Shown: in pieces, positions 28,665-29,537 of the stretch | Layout of the letters: every line of letters begins with the position of its first letter | Numbering within the stretch: the first letter of the stretch is position 1 | Virus record (IMG/VR): IMGVR_UViG_3300032007_001569 | Reading direction: 5' to 3' (one strand) | From: a virus | Lineage: Duplodnaviria > Heunggongvirae > Uroviricota > Caudoviricetes | Length of the DNA: 29,537 nucleotides | Translations under genes and position numbers: made by a program | Notes under the pieces: model-generated | The model's database searches: none | The model's input: the letters and a program-made list of their open reading frames with translations, nothing else | What the model was told of the DNA's origin: nothing

Positions 28665-29537
28665 TCAGACATTTTTTTTGACCTTCAGTTCGGTGTCATC
28701 CGGCATATCCACAAGCCGCCCCATCTGCTCCACAACGCTTTCGACATCTGAATGTGCATAAGCGTTGAGGGTAAACGCCACATCGGAATGCCCCATTATG
28801 TACTGTAGCGTTTTGGGCTGCATTCCCGCATTTGCCATATTGGTGCAAAACGTATGCCTGAACACATGTGGTGTGATATTCGGCATGACATAATCTGGAT
28901 GGCGCTTATGGAACTTTATATTCGCGTTGCGCAATGTCACCTGGATGTTCTGTGACGTTTTCGGATTCCCGTAGGCGTTGAGTAGGATAAATCCACTCTT
29001 CCCGTCGATTATACGCTCAATCTTCGGTGCTTTCCTGTTCGATAAGATGCGTTTCAAACTTGCGTATACATCGGCGGACATCGGAATATACCGCTCTCCA
29101 CTTTTCGATTTTGGCCCGACAACGCAAAGGGTTCCATCGGCTTTCTTGTACAACTGATGGTCAACGCGAATTAGGTGGCTATCAAAATCAATGTCTGATT
29201 TTGTCAGCCCGCAAAACTCACTGACACGCAAACCAGTTCCAAGCAAAACGACGTATTCGTCATAGCTCGTGTAGAAGAAATCGTCGGTTTTAATGAAGTC
29301 CATCCAAATCTTTTGTTGTTCCAATGTCAAAGCTGGTTTTGGTTGCCTGTTATCTTGTATGACACTCTTCAAGCGAAAACCAAATGGATTTCTGCCCACC
29401 AAATCATCGTCACACGCAACCTCAAATGCCCGCCAAAGCAGAAAGCGCACGATTTCTATGACGCTATACGACTTTCCTGATGCAGATAATTCCTTTATCC
29501 ACAGTTGTGCGTCAATCTTCTTCATTTTGTCTATCGG
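28665..29537 (-). CDS. int: Phage integrase (tyrosine recombinase), 5' end outside the window
   Basis: GLRVSE (R), KSKSGER (K), HVFRH, MGH, AYAH (Y); the frame stays open to the window edge. Confidence 0.92.
   Translation of the reverse strand, partial: PIDKMKKIDAQLWIKELSASGKSYSVIEIVRFLLWRAFEVACDDDLVGRNPFGFRLKSVIQDNRQPKPALTLEQQKIWMDFIKTDDFFYTSYDEYVVLLGTGLRVSEFCGLTKSDIDFDSHLIRVDHQLYKKADGTLCVVGPKSKSGERYIPMSADVYASLKRILSNRKAPKIERIIDGKSGFILLNAYGNPKTSQNIQVTLRNANIKFHKRHPDYVMPNITPHVFRHTFCTNMANAGMQPKTLQYIMGHSDVAFTLNAYAHSDVESVVEQMGRLVDMPDDTELKVKKNV

Larger units (their letters stand above)
1..29537. mobile_element. Temperate siphophage (SPbeta-like organisation, Bacillota host): tail, lysis and integration modules
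   Basis: Gene order TMP-Dit-Tal-holins-endolysin-att-integrase; GH25, amidase and SH3b domains indicate a Gram-positive host; no host housekeeping genes in the window. Confidence 0.93.

Noticed and set aside
1-29537. Genome-wide TAG recoding (alternative genetic code)
   Set aside because: Only one in-frame TAG was seen (30-32). The 1950-aa and 1800-aa ORFs contain none, and TAG terminates genes at 24705 and 25567, each directly followed by the next gene.

Overview
A 29.5-kb segment of a large temperate siphophage of a Bacillota (probably Clostridia) host, with an SPbeta-like gene order. From left to right it contains accessory genes, BppU-like and Asp-box virion proteins, RecU, a YomM-like tyrosine recombinase, tape measure protein (TMP), Dit, a large Tal/tail-tip protein, three holin-like genes, a two-catalytic-domain endolysin, a probable intact attP and the 3' part of an integrase. 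The main result is that the two apparent TMP ORFs are exons of one gene (2773 aa if spliced), interrupted by a 2115-nt group I intron (9713-11827). The intron's P1, P10, P7, P8, P9.0 and omega-G can be read directly from the sequence and predict an in-frame splice. Where a homing endonuclease would normally sit, the intron instead carries AT-rich cargo: two membrane-protein genes and a small basic peptide, driven by two convergent near-consensus sigma-A promoters. All assignments are by eye; no database search or folding program was run.
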